Notes under the pieces: model-generated
What the model was told of the DNA's origin: nothing
What the model saw: only the letters and a program-made list of their open reading frames with translations
Database searches by the model: none
NCBI GenBank assembly: GCA_964637575.1
Contig: CAZWVU010000003.1
Location: 1,586-65,585, forward strand
Direction: 5' to 3'
Length of the DNA stretch: 64,000 nucleotides
From: an uncultured Candidatus Saccharibacteria bacterium
Lineage (GTDB): Bacteria > Patescibacteriota > Minisyncoccia > UBA6257 > WO2-44-18
Made by a program: the position numbers and the translations under genes
Shown here: positions 48,044 to 58,275 of the stretch, one piece after another
How the letters are laid out: every line of letters begins with the position of its first letter
How positions within the stretch are numbered: position 1 is the first letter of the stretch

Positions 48044-48122
48044 ACAAGGAAAAACGTTCCCGAAGACCCGGTCAACACTGGGTCTTTTCTTTTGCGGAAA
48101 AATGTTATAATATATTTCAACA

Positions 48123-49058
48123 ATGAAATCTTCATTCAAGAAATTGCCGGGATCAAAAATTGAGGTGGAGGTCAGTCTGGAACAGAAGGAATTTTTGCCG
48201 TACTACCAGCAGGCCTATGACGCCGCGCTGAAGAATGTGCATCTGAAAGGGTTCCGGCCGGGGACTGCGCCGAAAGAGATCGCGGAAAGCGCCGTGGACA
48301 AAGAAGCGGCATTCAATGAAGCCGGCCGCAACGCCGTGCGCTGGTCGTTGGATGAAATTACCAAAGACAACGAATGGACGCTGATCGATACGCCGCAGGT
48401 ACAGATCGAGGACTCAAAGGATCTCGGCATCATGTACAAAGCGACGCTTACCGTGTTTCCGGAAATCAATCTTGCCAACTATAAAAAGATCGCGAAGAAA
48501 GTAATGGCGGAAGAGAAGCCCCAGCAGGTTGAGCAGAAAGAAGTCGACCAGACGCTCGAATGGCTCCGCAATCAGCGGAAAGAAGGGGAAAAATTGCCGG
48601 AGCTGAATGACGAATTCGCGAAATCGCTCGGCAAATTTGAAAATCTGGACGCGCTCAGGAAAAACGTGAGCGAGGGAATTCTGGCCGAAAAGAACGTGCG
48701 CGAGCATGACCGGCTCCGTCTGAAGATGCTGGATGAAATCGCCAAGGAAACCGAAATCGATCTGCCAGAGGTGATGGTGCAAAAAACGTACAACAATATG
48801 ATCAGGCAATACGGCCCGATGCTGAAGGCCGGCGGAAAAAAAGAGGAAGATGTCCAAAAGGAGGTCTACGAAAAATCGAAAGCGAATGTCCGGAATAACC
48901 TGGTGATGTACAAGCTCGCGCAGGTGGAAAAACTGGAACCGACCGAAGAGGAGGTGAGGAAGCAGCAGGGCGGTGTTGAAGATGATAAAAATTACCAGTA
49001 TATTTATGGAGTATTGCAAAACGAAAAAGTCTTTACATTTTTGGAAGCACAAAAATAA
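48123..49058 (+). CDS. tig: Trigger factor lacking the PPIase domain
   Basis: KGFRPGTAP ribosome-binding motif; N-domain joined directly to [10 protein letters not shown]; precedes clpP. Confidence 0.9.
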   Translation: MKSSFKKLPGSKIEVEVSLEQKEFLPYYQQAYDAALKNVHLKGFRPGTAPKEIAESAVDKEAAFNEAGRNAVRWSLDEITKDNEWTLIDTPQVQIEDSKDLGIMYKATLTVFPEINLANYKKIAKKVMAEEKPQQVEQKEVDQTLEWLRNQRKEGEKLPELNDEFAKSLGKFENLDALRKNVSEGILAEKNVREHDRLRLKMLDEIAKETEIDLPEVMVQKTYNNMIRQYGPMLKAGGKKEEDVQKEVYEKSKANVRNNLVMYKLAQVEKLEPTEEEVRKQQGGVEDDKNYQYIYGVLQNEKVFTFLEAQK

Positions 49059-49663
49059 TGAAAAACGAATTACACAACGACTATCTGATCCCGACCGTCA
49101 TTGAGCGGGTGCCGGGAGGCGAGCGGGCGTTTGATATCTATTCCCGCCTGTTGAAAGAGCGCATTGTTTTCCTGGGCGGACCGATTACCGACGGGCTTGC
49201 CAACGTGATTATCGCCCAGCTGCTCCATCTTGAGCACGAGGATCCGAAAAAGGACATTAAGCTTTACATCAACAGTCCGGGCGGTTCGGTTACGGCCGGC
49301 ATGGCGATCTATGACGCGATGCAATATGTGAAGCCGGATGTCTCCACGGTCTGCATCGGCATGGCCGCGTCAATGGCGGCAGTGCTGCTGGCAGCCGGCA
49401 AAAAAGGGAAGCGCATTGTCTTGCCGAACTCGGAGATCCTGCTTCACCAGGTGATGGGCGGCGCGGAAGGCCAGGCGGTGGAGATTGAAATTACCGCGAA
49501 ACAGATCATTAAAATGAAGGACAAGCTGAACCAGATCATCGCCAAGCACACCGGCCAGTCTTTCGCGAAAATCGAGAAAGACACCGACCGCGATTATTAT
49601 CTGAGCGCCGAAGAAGCGAAGGCATACGGAGTGGTGGACGAAATTGTGAAATCCAAAAGATAG
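49058..49663 (+). CDS. clpP: ClpP protease subunit
   Basis: [26 protein letters not shown]. Confidence 0.97.
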   Translation: MKNELHNDYLIPTVIERVPGGERAFDIYSRLLKERIVFLGGPITDGLANVIIAQLLHLEHEDPKKDIKLYINSPGGSVTAGMAIYDAMQYVKPDVSTVCIGMAASMAAVLLAAGKKGKRIVLPNSEILLHQVMGGAEGQAVEIEITAKQIIKMKDKLNQIIAKHTGQSFAKIEKDTDRDYYLSAEEAKAYGVVDEIVKSKR

Positions 49664-49769
49664 CCCCCCGCGCCGTCGGAGTGTTTCAGTTGATTTATTC
49701 TAAAAGTGTGTTATTCTTTCGGCGTCGCCAATATTGGCGGAGGCACTTTGAAAATCGAAAGGAGAAGCG

Positions 49770-50495
49770 GTGGCTCGGTTGATGAGTCTGGACGACGCGA
49801 GGCAAATACTCAACGCACAATTTTCAGATTCGGAAACCCTTCGGCTCATTGAATTTTTGGAAGCGGCGGAGGGAACGTCGCGATCGTGTACGCGGCCAGA
49901 GTTTCCGACATTCGCCGTATTCCAAAACCTGCACAAGCTGCTTTTTGGAACATCCGACATTCGCGCGGGCAATTTTGGAAACAAAATCCGGTGGGATTTT
50001 TATCCAATAATCAAAGAGGTTCCGCGAATCAAAAAAATGATTCAGGAATTTTTTGCGAAAAAGGATACGCCGAAACCGGTTCAAAAAATCACTCCCGTCA
50101 GGGTCGTCTCTCACTTGGAGACCCAGCGGCGGCTTAAAGAAAAATTGATCAAAGAGCTGTTGGAATGCCCGGACCACCTTTCCGTAGCTCAGCACACAAC
50201 AGGAAAGGTGACAGTCACCAAACATGCCTGGCAAAGGTTTGTCGCGCGGTATTGCCATGTCACAAAAATCGGCAATCCACATTTCTATGACAAGGAGCAT
50301 TTCATCAGGCAATTGCAGCGCTGCTTCTCAGCGGCGCATGAAAAACAATTAAGCGTGAAGGGGGAGATAAAGCGCCTCTTCGCCAACCGGCTTGAGGCGG
50401 TGCGCTACTTTTACTACGCGCCGCTCAATCTCCGGTTCGTTGTTCTGGAGGAGCGCCCCGCGCTTCTCACGGTAGAGATCGCGAATCGATGGTAA
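49770..50495 (+). CDS. Hypothetical protein
   Basis: AAAGGAG RBS; VTKHAWQRF motif. Confidence 0.55.
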   Translation: MARLMSLDDARQILNAQFSDSETLRLIEFLEAAEGTSRSCTRPEFPTFAVFQNLHKLLFGTSDIRAGNFGNKIRWDFYPIIKEVPRIKKMIQEFFAKKDTPKPVQKITPVRVVSHLETQRRLKEKLIKELLECPDHLSVAQHTTGKVTVTKHAWQRFVARYCHVTKIGNPHFYDKEHFIRQLQRCFSAAHEKQLSVKGEIKRLFANRLEAVRYFYYAPLNLRFVVLEERPALLTVEIANRW

Positions 50496-50540
50496 CAACA
50501 AAATCTGGCTCGAATAGCCAGATTTTTTATTTCAGGTAAA

Positions 50541-51680
50541 ATGGACTGTATGAATTCAGACGGTGAAAAGCTGCTTGCGCGGGGCGTGGCCGAGGTGATT
50601 GTGAAAGAGCATCTTGAGCATGCGCTGAATTCCGGCAGGAAGCTGCGGGTGAAATTCGGCATCGATCCGACCGCACCGGATTTGCACCTGGGCCACACCG
50701 TGCCGCTCCGCAAATTGCGCCAGTTCCAAGATGCCGGCCATCAGGTGGTGCTTATTATCGGGGACTTTACCGCGATGATCGGCGATCCTTCCGGCCGCAA
50801 CGAGGCGCGCAAGCCGCTTACCGAAAAAGACGTGAAGCAGAATCTGAAAAATTATCTGAAGCAGGCGGGAAAAGTACTCACTATCAAAAAAGCGGAAGTC
50901 GTCTACAACAGCAGGTGGTACAAGAAGAATGCGGAATTGTTTCTTGATCTCGCCCGCCGCGAAAGCGTCCAGCGTCTTCTGGAGCGGGACGACTTCCAGA
51001 AACGGCTCAAAGAAGGAAAGGAAATCACCGTGCTGGAGGAATTCTACCCGTTGTTGCAGGGATACGATTCGGTCATGGTGAAAGCCGACGTGGAAATCGG
51101 CGGCACTGACCAGAAATTTAATCTGCTGATGGGGCGGAAGCTGCAGCGATCATATGAAATAGCCGAGCAGGACGTGATCACGCTCCCGCTCCTGGAGGGG
51201 ACCGATGGCGTGAAAAAAATGTCCAAGAGCGCGGGGAATTATATCGGCTTGGACGAATTGCCCATGGATATGTTTGGCAAGATTATGGCCGTGCCGGACA
51301 ATCTGATTGATAAGTATTATGAGTTACTGACTGATGAAAACCGGACAATGCCGGATCCGCGCGAGGCGAAGCTGGAGCTCGGCCGGATTATTGTCGGAAT
51401 GTACCACGGAACAAAGGCGGGCCAACAGGCGAAAGAAGAGTTTATCCGGGTATTTTCAAAAAAAGAAGCTCCTTCAGAGAGGCCGAAAAAGAACGTGGCC
51501 GGTCTGAATGTAGTGGAGGCGTTGGTGAAAGCGGGTGCTGCGGCAAGCAAAAGCGAGGCGCGCAGACTTGTAGAGCAGGGGGGTGTGGAATTTAACGGGC
51601 AAAAAGTACAAGACGCCGGCGCAACAGTTCCGGAGCATGTCACGGTCAAAGTTGGCAAGCACCATTATTTTGATACATAA
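50541..51680 (+). CDS. tyrS: Tyrosine--tRNA ligase
   Basis: GIDPTAPDLHLGH, YPLLQGYD, GGTDQ, KMSKS, S4 domain. Confidence 0.97.
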   Translation: MDCMNSDGEKLLARGVAEVIVKEHLEHALNSGRKLRVKFGIDPTAPDLHLGHTVPLRKLRQFQDAGHQVVLIIGDFTAMIGDPSGRNEARKPLTEKDVKQNLKNYLKQAGKVLTIKKAEVVYNSRWYKKNAELFLDLARRESVQRLLERDDFQKRLKEGKEITVLEEFYPLLQGYDSVMVKADVEIGGTDQKFNLLMGRKLQRSYEIAEQDVITLPLLEGTDGVKKMSKSAGNYIGLDELPMDMFGKIMAVPDNLIDKYYELLTDENRTMPDPREAKLELGRIIVGMYHGTKAGQQAKEEFIRVFSKKEAPSERPKKNVAGLNVVEALVKAGAAASKSEARRLVEQGGVEFNGQKVQDAGATVPEHVTVKVGKHHYFDT

Positions 51681-51690
51681 TATAAGCATT

Positions 51691-51987
51691 ATGGAAACAT
51701 TTCCCCGTCAGGAAAGTTTTGAAAGTAAGGAGCCCAGCTCTGAAGATTTGAAGCGGGTGGAGAAATTTTTGGAGAAGGAAACGGCGAATTCGAAAAAAGA
51801 AAAAGAGTCATACGAGCGGAGTCTGGATAAGGAAACTGCACGCACCGTCCTGGAGGCGCTTGGCGTGAAGAGCAGCAGGGAGCTTGAAGAAACCTGGCGG
51901 GCGCTGGCAGAGCTGGAGCAGACTACGCCGGAAGATGACAAGGAATTTTTAGACGAGATCCGCGCGCTTAAGGAAGCCGGAGTGTAA
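51691..51987 (+). CDS. Hypothetical acidic protein
   Basis: ATG 51691; fills the gap. Confidence 0.5.
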   Translation: METFPRQESFESKEPSSEDLKRVEKFLEKETANSKKEKESYERSLDKETARTVLEALGVKSSRELEETWRALAELEQTTPEDDKEFLDEIRALKEAGV

Positions 51988-52056
51988 CTTTTTAGCTGGC
52001 AATCGGAGCGTTTTCCTGTTAGGCTGTGTTTAGTTTTTTGAGACTGGAGACGGAAC

Positions 52057-53196
52057 ATGATGCGTTGGTTGATTCGCGGCGCAGCGCTTATGGCGCTGGG
52101 AATCGCCGCCTGCAACGGCCCCTGTGTCTTTGAGAAGTCGCCGGTGATGCTGGTGGGCGGCCCGATGATTCAGTATGGCAATTACGATGGGCGGAACGGA
52201 ATGATCGTTACCTGGCGCACCGACAAAGATGCCGTCGGTAAGATCGAGTATCGGGAAGCGAAATCCCAATATTGTAGTGAGCGGTCCACGTATTCCCAGG
52301 AAGGCCGGCACGTCTTCTGGTTGGGCGATCTCCGGCCCTACCGGGTCTATTCCTACAAGATCTATGCCGACAATTTTGAAATCGGCAGAGGGGAATTCCG
52401 GACGGGCCGCCGGGCACACGAGCGTTTTTTCTTCACGGTATTCGGCGATTCCGGCTCGGGAACGCCCGATCAGTATGCGGTCGCGGAGGCGGTGGCGGAA
52501 AGAGATCCCGACCTGATTATCCATACCGGCGATCTCGTCTACTCCAAAGGCGAGGACGAAAATTACCCGGGCAAATTTTACAAACCGTATGCCCGGCTGA
52601 TCGCGAATGCGCCATTCTTTCCTTCGCTCGGTAACCATGACTGCGGCACTGCCGACGGCGGACCGTTCCTGAAGAATTTCTTTTTGCCCGGCTACGACTT
52701 CTGGGCTGACCGGAACCGCCGTTATTACAGCTTCGATTATGGTAATTCCCATTTTGTCGCGCTCGATTCCAATCAGATCACCGACGAGCAGACCGACTGG
52801 TTAAAGCGCGATCTGGCGAAGTCCGGCGCCCGCTGGAAGTTCGTGTTCTTCCATCATCCGGTATTCAGCAACAACCGGAAAAATACCGAAACGGACGCAA
52901 TTAAGGAAATATGGAAGCCGGTGTTCGAGGAGTACGGAGTGGACATTGTTTTCAACGGGCATGATCACATCTATACCCGCTTCCAGCCCGTGAAAAACGT
53001 AACCTACATCGTGGAGGGCGTGGGCGGGAAAAACCGCTACGAGCTTGCCGGGAATGACCCGCGGGTGGCCTTCACTGACAACCAGCATTTCGGATTCGGG
53101 CTGGTGGATATGGAAGGGGATCGGCTGACCTTCTGGCATTATGCCCTTACGGATCAGGGCGTGAAAATCTGGGACTGTCTCTATCTTGCTAAATAA
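52057..53196 (+). CDS. Purple acid phosphatase-like metallophosphoesterase (lipoprotein)
   Basis: GDSG, GDLVY, GNHD, HHP, GHDH; IAAC lipobox. Confidence 0.9.
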   Translation: MMRWLIRGAALMALGIAACNGPCVFEKSPVMLVGGPMIQYGNYDGRNGMIVTWRTDKDAVGKIEYREAKSQYCSERSTYSQEGRHVFWLGDLRPYRVYSYKIYADNFEIGRGEFRTGRRAHERFFFTVFGDSGSGTPDQYAVAEAVAERDPDLIIHTGDLVYSKGEDENYPGKFYKPYARLIANAPFFPSLGNHDCGTADGGPFLKNFFLPGYDFWADRNRRYYSFDYGNSHFVALDSNQITDEQTDWLKRDLAKSGARWKFVFFHHPVFSNNRKNTETDAIKEIWKPVFEEYGVDIVFNGHDHIYTRFQPVKNVTYIVEGVGGKNRYELAGNDPRVAFTDNQHFGFGLVDMEGDRLTFWHYALTDQGVKIWDCLYLAK

Positions 53197-53244
53197 AAGC
53201 AGAACAACATAAAAACTCCAGCCATGGCTGGAGTTTTTATATAT

Positions 53245-53319
53245 TGGAGCGGGAGACGGGATTCGCACCCGCGACCTCTTCCTTGGCAAGGAAGCGTTCT
53301 GCTGCTGAACTACTCCCGC
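53245..53319 (-). tRNA. tRNA-Gly(GCC)
   Basis: CTTCC-TTGCCAA-GGAAG, U73, encoded CCA. Confidence 0.92.
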
Positions 53320-53330
53320 AAATCGCCGGA

Positions 53331-53468
53331 CTATTTGCCCAGACTTTGTTCCGTGTTGGCCTGCTGCTGCGCCTGCTGGGTCGACACCACAGAACCAAAG
53401 TTCATGTAGGTTGCCACCAGGCCGAAAATGACCAACCCTATAAAAACTATTTTTAAAAGGTTTTTCAT
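53331..53468 (-). CDS. Small membrane-anchored protein (45 aa)
   Basis: MKNLLKIVFIGLVIFGLVATYMNFGSVVSTQQAQQQANTEQSLGK. Confidence 0.45.
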   Translation of the reverse strand: MKNLLKIVFIGLVIFGLVATYMNFGSVVSTQQAQQQANTEQSLGK

Positions 53469-53521
53469 AACCTTGAAAGGTATGATAAGATAAATTATTA
53501 TAGAGTGCAACTTTTGGGAAT

Positions 53522-55363
53522 ATGAACAATAAATCCTTATATACCAATATTTTTTGGGCGGTAGTCATTTTAATGTCGTTGGCGCTCATCTTTTCCTTCG
53601 TATTTACGTCGGGTCCGGAGAAGACCCATCTGGATATGAATGAACTGGCCACGAAAATCAATGCCGGCGAAGTTCAGAAAATTACGGTGAATGGAAATGA
53701 CCTTACCATCTCCCTTAAAAACGGCGATCAGGCGACGGCGACCAAGGAAAGCGAGTCCGGACTTACGGAAACGTTGAAGAATTATGGAGTGGACCCGAAG
53801 GCGCTTCAGGGCGTCGCCCTGGACGTTCAGGAGGAATCGGGGACGAAGTTCTGGCTCGGCATTCTGATCCCGACAATCCTTCCGCTGGTGATCATTGGAA
53901 TAATGTTCTGGCTTATTTTCCGCCGGGCGCAGTCCGGGAGCAATCAGGCGTTCACGTTCGGACGGGCCAACATCCGGCTTTTCAGCGCGTTCAAGGACCG
54001 GCTTACGTTCAAGGACGTCGCCGGGCTGAAGGAGGCGAAGCAGGAACTGGTAGAGGTGGTGGATTTCCTGAAAAATCCTCAAAAGTATCTGGAGATCGGC
54101 GCCCGCATTCCCCGCGGCGTGTTGCTGATGGGCCAGCCGGGAACGGGAAAAACGTTGCTTGCCCGCGCGGTTGCCGGTGAAGCCAACGTGCCGTTTTTCC
54201 ATATTTCCGCGTCGGAATTCGTGGAAATGTTCGTGGGAGTGGGCGCCGCGCGCACGCGCGACGCGTTCGCGACCGCGAAAAAATCCGCTCCCTCGATTTT
54301 ATTTATTGACGAAATCGACGCGATCGGTCGGGAACGGGGAGCGGGCGTAGGCGGCGGACACGATGAACGCGAGCAGACGCTCAACCAGATTCTCGTGGAA
54401 ATGGACGGATTCGACCGGGATACCCAGGTGATCGTCATCGCGGCCACGAACCGGCCGGATATTCTGGACCGGGCGCTGCTCCGGCCGGGGCGGTTTGACC
54501 GTCGGGTAGTGTTGGATATGCCGGACATCCGGGACCGCGAGGAGATTCTGAAGGTGCACGCCCGTGGAAAACTCATGGAGAAGAACGTGGATTTGCGGCG
54601 GGTAGCAGTCCGGACGCCGGGATTTTCCGGCGCCGATCTTGCGAATCTGCTCAACGAATCGGCGATCGCCGCGGCGCGGCACAACCGCAAGACCATCTCC
54701 CAGCAGGACCTTTTTGACTCCATAGAAAAAGTGATTCTCGGGCCGGAGCGGCGGGGTCGGGTTATTTCCGAAAATGAAAAGAAAATTACCGCGTATCACG
54801 AGGCGGGGCACGCGCTGGTGGCGGCGAGTTTGAAGGACGCCGATCCGGTGCATAAGGTTTCGATTATAAGCCGCGGACCTGCGGGCGGGTACACGCTGAA
54901 ACTTCCTCTTGAAGAGAACCGGCTCCGCACCCGGTCCCAGTTTTTGACCGATATCGCGACCATGGTGGGAGGATATGCTTCGGAAAAGATAGTATTCGGC
55001 GATCTTACCACCGGCGCGTCCAATGATCTTAAGCAGGCATCGGAGCTGGCGCGTGCCCTGGTGACGAAGTACGGCATGAGCGACAAGCTGGGGCCGCTCA
55101 CCTTCGGAAAAACCGATGAACTGATATTTTTGGGCAAGGAAATAAGTTCAGAACGCAACTATTCCGAGAAGGTGGCCGCGGAGATTGACGAAGAAGTGAA
55201 CGGATTTATAGAGCGCTCATACGACGCAGCGAAAAAAATTATTACCACCCGGAAGAAAGCACTGGACGCGATCGCTCACGCGTTGATTGAGAAAGAAACG
55301 CTGGAACACGAAGATTTTTACGCCTTGCTCAAGCCGTTTAATCTGAAACCGCTGGCGGTGTAA
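53522..55363 (+). CDS. ftsH: ATP-dependent zinc metalloprotease FtsH
   Basis: Two [28 protein letters not shown]. Confidence 0.97.
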   Translation: MNNKSLYTNIFWAVVILMSLALIFSFVFTSGPEKTHLDMNELATKINAGEVQKITVNGNDLTISLKNGDQATATKESESGLTETLKNYGVDPKALQGVALDVQEESGTKFWLGILIPTILPLVIIGIMFWLIFRRAQSGSNQAFTFGRANIRLFSAFKDRLTFKDVAGLKEAKQELVEVVDFLKNPQKYLEIGARIPRGVLLMGQPGTGKTLLARAVAGEANVPFFHISASEFVEMFVGVGAARTRDAFATAKKSAPSILFIDEIDAIGRERGAGVGGGHDEREQTLNQILVEMDGFDRDTQVIVIAATNRPDILDRALLRPGRFDRRVVLDMPDIRDREEILKVHARGKLMEKNVDLRRVAVRTPGFSGADLANLLNESAIAAARHNRKTISQQDLFDSIEKVILGPERRGRVISENEKKITAYHEAGHALVAASLKDADPVHKVSIISRGPAGGYTLKLPLEENRLRTRSQFLTDIATMVGGYASEKIVFGDLTTGASNDLKQASELARALVTKYGMSDKLGPLTFGKTDELIFLGKEISSERNYSEKVAAEIDEEVNGFIERSYDAAKKIITTRKKALDAIAHALIEKETLEHEDFYALLKPFNLKPLAV

Positions 55364-55386
55364 CGCCTTAGTGCTGCATCTTAGTG

Positions 55387-55458
55387 TGGGTGCGCCTGGG
55401 ATCGAACCAGGGACCAGTCGTGTATAAGACGACCGCTCTGCCACTGAGCTACGCACCC
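55387..55458 (-). tRNA. tRNA with anticodon UAU (Ile)
   Basis: GTCGT-CTTATAC-ACGAC; complete cloverleaf; A73. Confidence 0.88.
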
Positions 55459-55562
55459 TTATCTGAGCAAAATGTACCACAGCTTTGAGGCACAGAAAAG
55501 CATCATTGACAAAATAGCACATTTTATGTATTATTGCGATTAGTAAATTTGAGAGGTGAGAC

Positions 55563-56006
55563 ATGCTGGATGAGTCAAGTTCGGCGTTGCCGGCAATCAC
55601 GCTTTCCCAGGTGGAACGGAGCGAGTCCTGGATGTCCGGATCGGACGAGATGGCCGCCAAGCTGATCGAGGCGGTTACCAGAGACGGGTCGGTTCCGAAG
55701 CCGGATGTCATCAAGCGGCCGGAGTCGACGATCGTGCCGCCTGAAGAAATGGCCGCCTACTTTGCCGAGCAGAAAAAGAAGGGCGAGCAGAAGCAGGAGG
55801 CGCCATTCATTCTCAAGGGTCGCCATGCCGACGCGTTTTTCCAGAGTCTCAACCTCCTTTCCGCCGACGTGGCGGGTGGTGAAGACCCGGAAGTCGTGAG
55901 GCGCGAGACGGCGATCCGGAAATCGCACCGGTGGCAGCCGCTGACGGACGTGGATGTTTCCAAAATTATCCGGAGAGAAACCGACAAGGAAATCCGAATC
56001 GGCTGA
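55563..56006 (+). CDS. Hypothetical protein
   Basis: GAGGTG RBS; upstream TTGACA promoter-like site. Confidence 0.5.
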   Translation: MLDESSSALPAITLSQVERSESWMSGSDEMAAKLIEAVTRDGSVPKPDVIKRPESTIVPPEEMAAYFAEQKKKGEQKQEAPFILKGRHADAFFQSLNLLSADVAGGEDPEVVRRETAIRKSHRWQPLTDVDVSKIIRRETDKEIRIG

Positions 56007-56109
56007 TCTCCAGGCTCCCAGTGTTACTGGGAGCTTTTTATTTTTTAAGAGTATTCACTTTTTCTTAATTTTGTTATACTATAGGCAGCTAAATGATGGA
56101 TATTGCAAA

Positions 56110-58275
56110 ATGATCCGCCTCGACACCGAACTCAAGATTATCAGGGGAATCAACGAAAAGTTTTTGGCGAAGCTCGATAAGCTGAATATCAAAACTGTCC
56201 GTGATCTGCTCTGGCACTTTCCCTTCCGGTACGATGATTTTTCGACCATCGTCAAAATAGCGGATCTCAAAATAAACCAGGCCGCTACCATCCACGGCGT
56301 GGTCCGCAACGTTTCACTGCGGCGCTCCTGGCGCCGCAAATTCGTTATTATCGAAGCCTTGATTGCCGACGACACGGGAGGCATTAAAGCGGTCTGGTTT
56401 AACCAGCCCTACATCGCAAAGGCTCTGCGTTCCGGATTGCGCGTAAATTTTGCCGGAAAGGTGGTGCTTTCCAATGAGGAGCTTGTCATGCAAAGCCCGG
56501 CCTACGAACCGGTTGCCGCGACCACCCAGACGAAGCATACCGCCGGTCTCATTCCGATTTATTCCGAAACCAAAGGGCTCACCTCGAAGGGATTGCGGTT
56601 TCTGACCGCGGCCATTTTGCGGGCGATGGAACCCGCGAAAGATTTTATCCCCCAGCATATTCTTGACGGGTACGAAATTCCCAACCTGATGAGCGCGCTC
56701 CGGGCAATTCATTTTCCTGCCACCCTGGCCCAGGCGGAACGGGCGCGGGAACGCTTCGCGTTCAGCGAACTTTTACTTCTCCAGCTGACTAATTTGAAAA
56801 ACAGGATCGCGCTTGCTAAAGAAAAAGCGCCGCCGCTTCTTATAGAGGAGAAATGGGTTGAGGAGGTGATCGCCGGACTTCCATTTCCGCTTACCGGGGC
56901 CCAGCGCCGGAGTCTGGATGAAATTTTGAACGATCTGCGGAAAAGCCAGCCGATGAACCGCCTTTTACAGGGCGACGTGGGATCCGGAAAAACCGTAGTG
57001 GCGGCGATCGCGGCACTCGCGGCCGCGAAGAATGGAAAGCAGACCTCCTTCATGGCGCCCACGGAGGTGCTGGCGCGCCAGCATTACAAAACGCTGACTG
57101 GGATTTTCAGGCATCATCCGATCGGAATCGGCATGCTCACCGGCTCGGAAGCGCGGATGTACTATGGCGACGCCTTGGAAACAAAAACCACCCGGTCCAA
57201 GCTCCTTGCGGAGATTGCCGCCGGAAAAATAAAGCTGGTGCTCGGCACGCACGCGCTGATCTCCGAAGGGAAAACCAGGAAGCCGGTGGAATTCCGGGAT
57301 CTCGCGCTCGCCATCGTGGACGAACAGCACCGGTTCGGGGTGGATCAGCGCGCGGCGCTGGTAAAACAGGAGCGGCAGCCGGGATTGGAGACGACCATAC
57401 ACTTTCTTTCCATGAGCGCCACTCCGATTCCCCGTACGCTCGCCCTTACGATCTTCGGCGATCTCGACGTGTCGATTATTGACGAGCTGCCGAAGGGAAG
57501 AAAGGAGATTTCCACCAAAATAGTGCCGCCGGAACACCGGCAGAATGCTTATGAATTCATCCGCCAGCAGATCAAGCAGGGGCGGCAGGCGTTTGTAATC
57601 TGCCCGCGCATAGAAAAATCGGAAGAAGGAAAACATGAGGAAGAGAGGGCGGAGGGGAGCGTGGACAAGCGGAAGAATCTTTGGGCGGAAGTGAAAAACG
57701 TTACCGAAGTGCACGAATCGCTCTCCAAGAAAATATTTCCCGATCTCCGCGTGGCGATGCTGCACGGCAAATTGAAAAGCCCTGAAAAAGCGCAGATCAT
57801 GTCCGAGTTTTCCGCGGGCGCGACGCATATCCTGGTTTCCACCTCGGTCATTGAGGTCGGCGTGGACGTGCCCAACGCCGCCATCATGATGGTGGAGGGC
57901 GCCGACCGTTTCGGGCTTTCCCAGCTTTATCAGTTCCGCGGCCGGGTGGGGCGCGGCGAGCATCAGTCATATTGTCTTCTTTTCACGGACGCGACTTCGG
58001 ACGTGACCGCGCACCGGCTCAACGCGCTTCTGAAAGCGAAGAACGGATTTGAACTGGCGGAAGAGGATCTCGCGATCCGCGGACCGGGCGAATTCATCGG
58101 TGACAAGCAGACCGGCATTCCCGACATCGCCATGCGGGCGCTTAACAATATGGAACTGGTGAAAGCCGCCCGGGAAGCGGCGCAGGAAATTCTGAAATCC
58201 GACAAAGAACTATCCGGATACGCGCCGCTCCGCGCCGCCCTTACCGCGTTTCAGAAACAGATCCACCTGGAATAG
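56110..58275 (+). CDS. recG: ATP-dependent DNA helicase RecG
   Basis: QGDVGSGKT, DEQHRFG, SATPIPRT, QFRGRVGRG, DLAIRGPG. Confidence 0.97.
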   Translation: MIRLDTELKIIRGINEKFLAKLDKLNIKTVRDLLWHFPFRYDDFSTIVKIADLKINQAATIHGVVRNVSLRRSWRRKFVIIEALIADDTGGIKAVWFNQPYIAKALRSGLRVNFAGKVVLSNEELVMQSPAYEPVAATTQTKHTAGLIPIYSETKGLTSKGLRFLTAAILRAMEPAKDFIPQHILDGYEIPNLMSALRAIHFPATLAQAERARERFAFSELLLLQLTNLKNRIALAKEKAPPLLIEEKWVEEVIAGLPFPLTGAQRRSLDEILNDLRKSQPMNRLLQGDVGSGKTVVAAIAALAAAKNGKQTSFMAPTEVLARQHYKTLTGIFRHHPIGIGMLTGSEARMYYGDALETKTTRSKLLAEIAAGKIKLVLGTHALISEGKTRKPVEFRDLALAIVDEQHRFGVDQRAALVKQERQPGLETTIHFLSMSATPIPRTLALTIFGDLDVSIIDELPKGRKEISTKIVPPEHRQNAYEFIRQQIKQGRQAFVICPRIEKSEEGKHEEERAEGSVDKRKNLWAEVKNVTEVHESLSKKIFPDLRVAMLHGKLKSPEKAQIMSEFSAGATHILVSTSVIEVGVDVPNAAIMMVEGADRFGLSQLYQFRGRVGRGEHQSYCLLFTDATSDVTAHRLNALLKAKNGFELAEEDLAIRGPGEFIGDKQTGIPDIAMRALNNMELVKAAREAAQEILKSDKELSGYAPLRAALTAFQKQIHLE

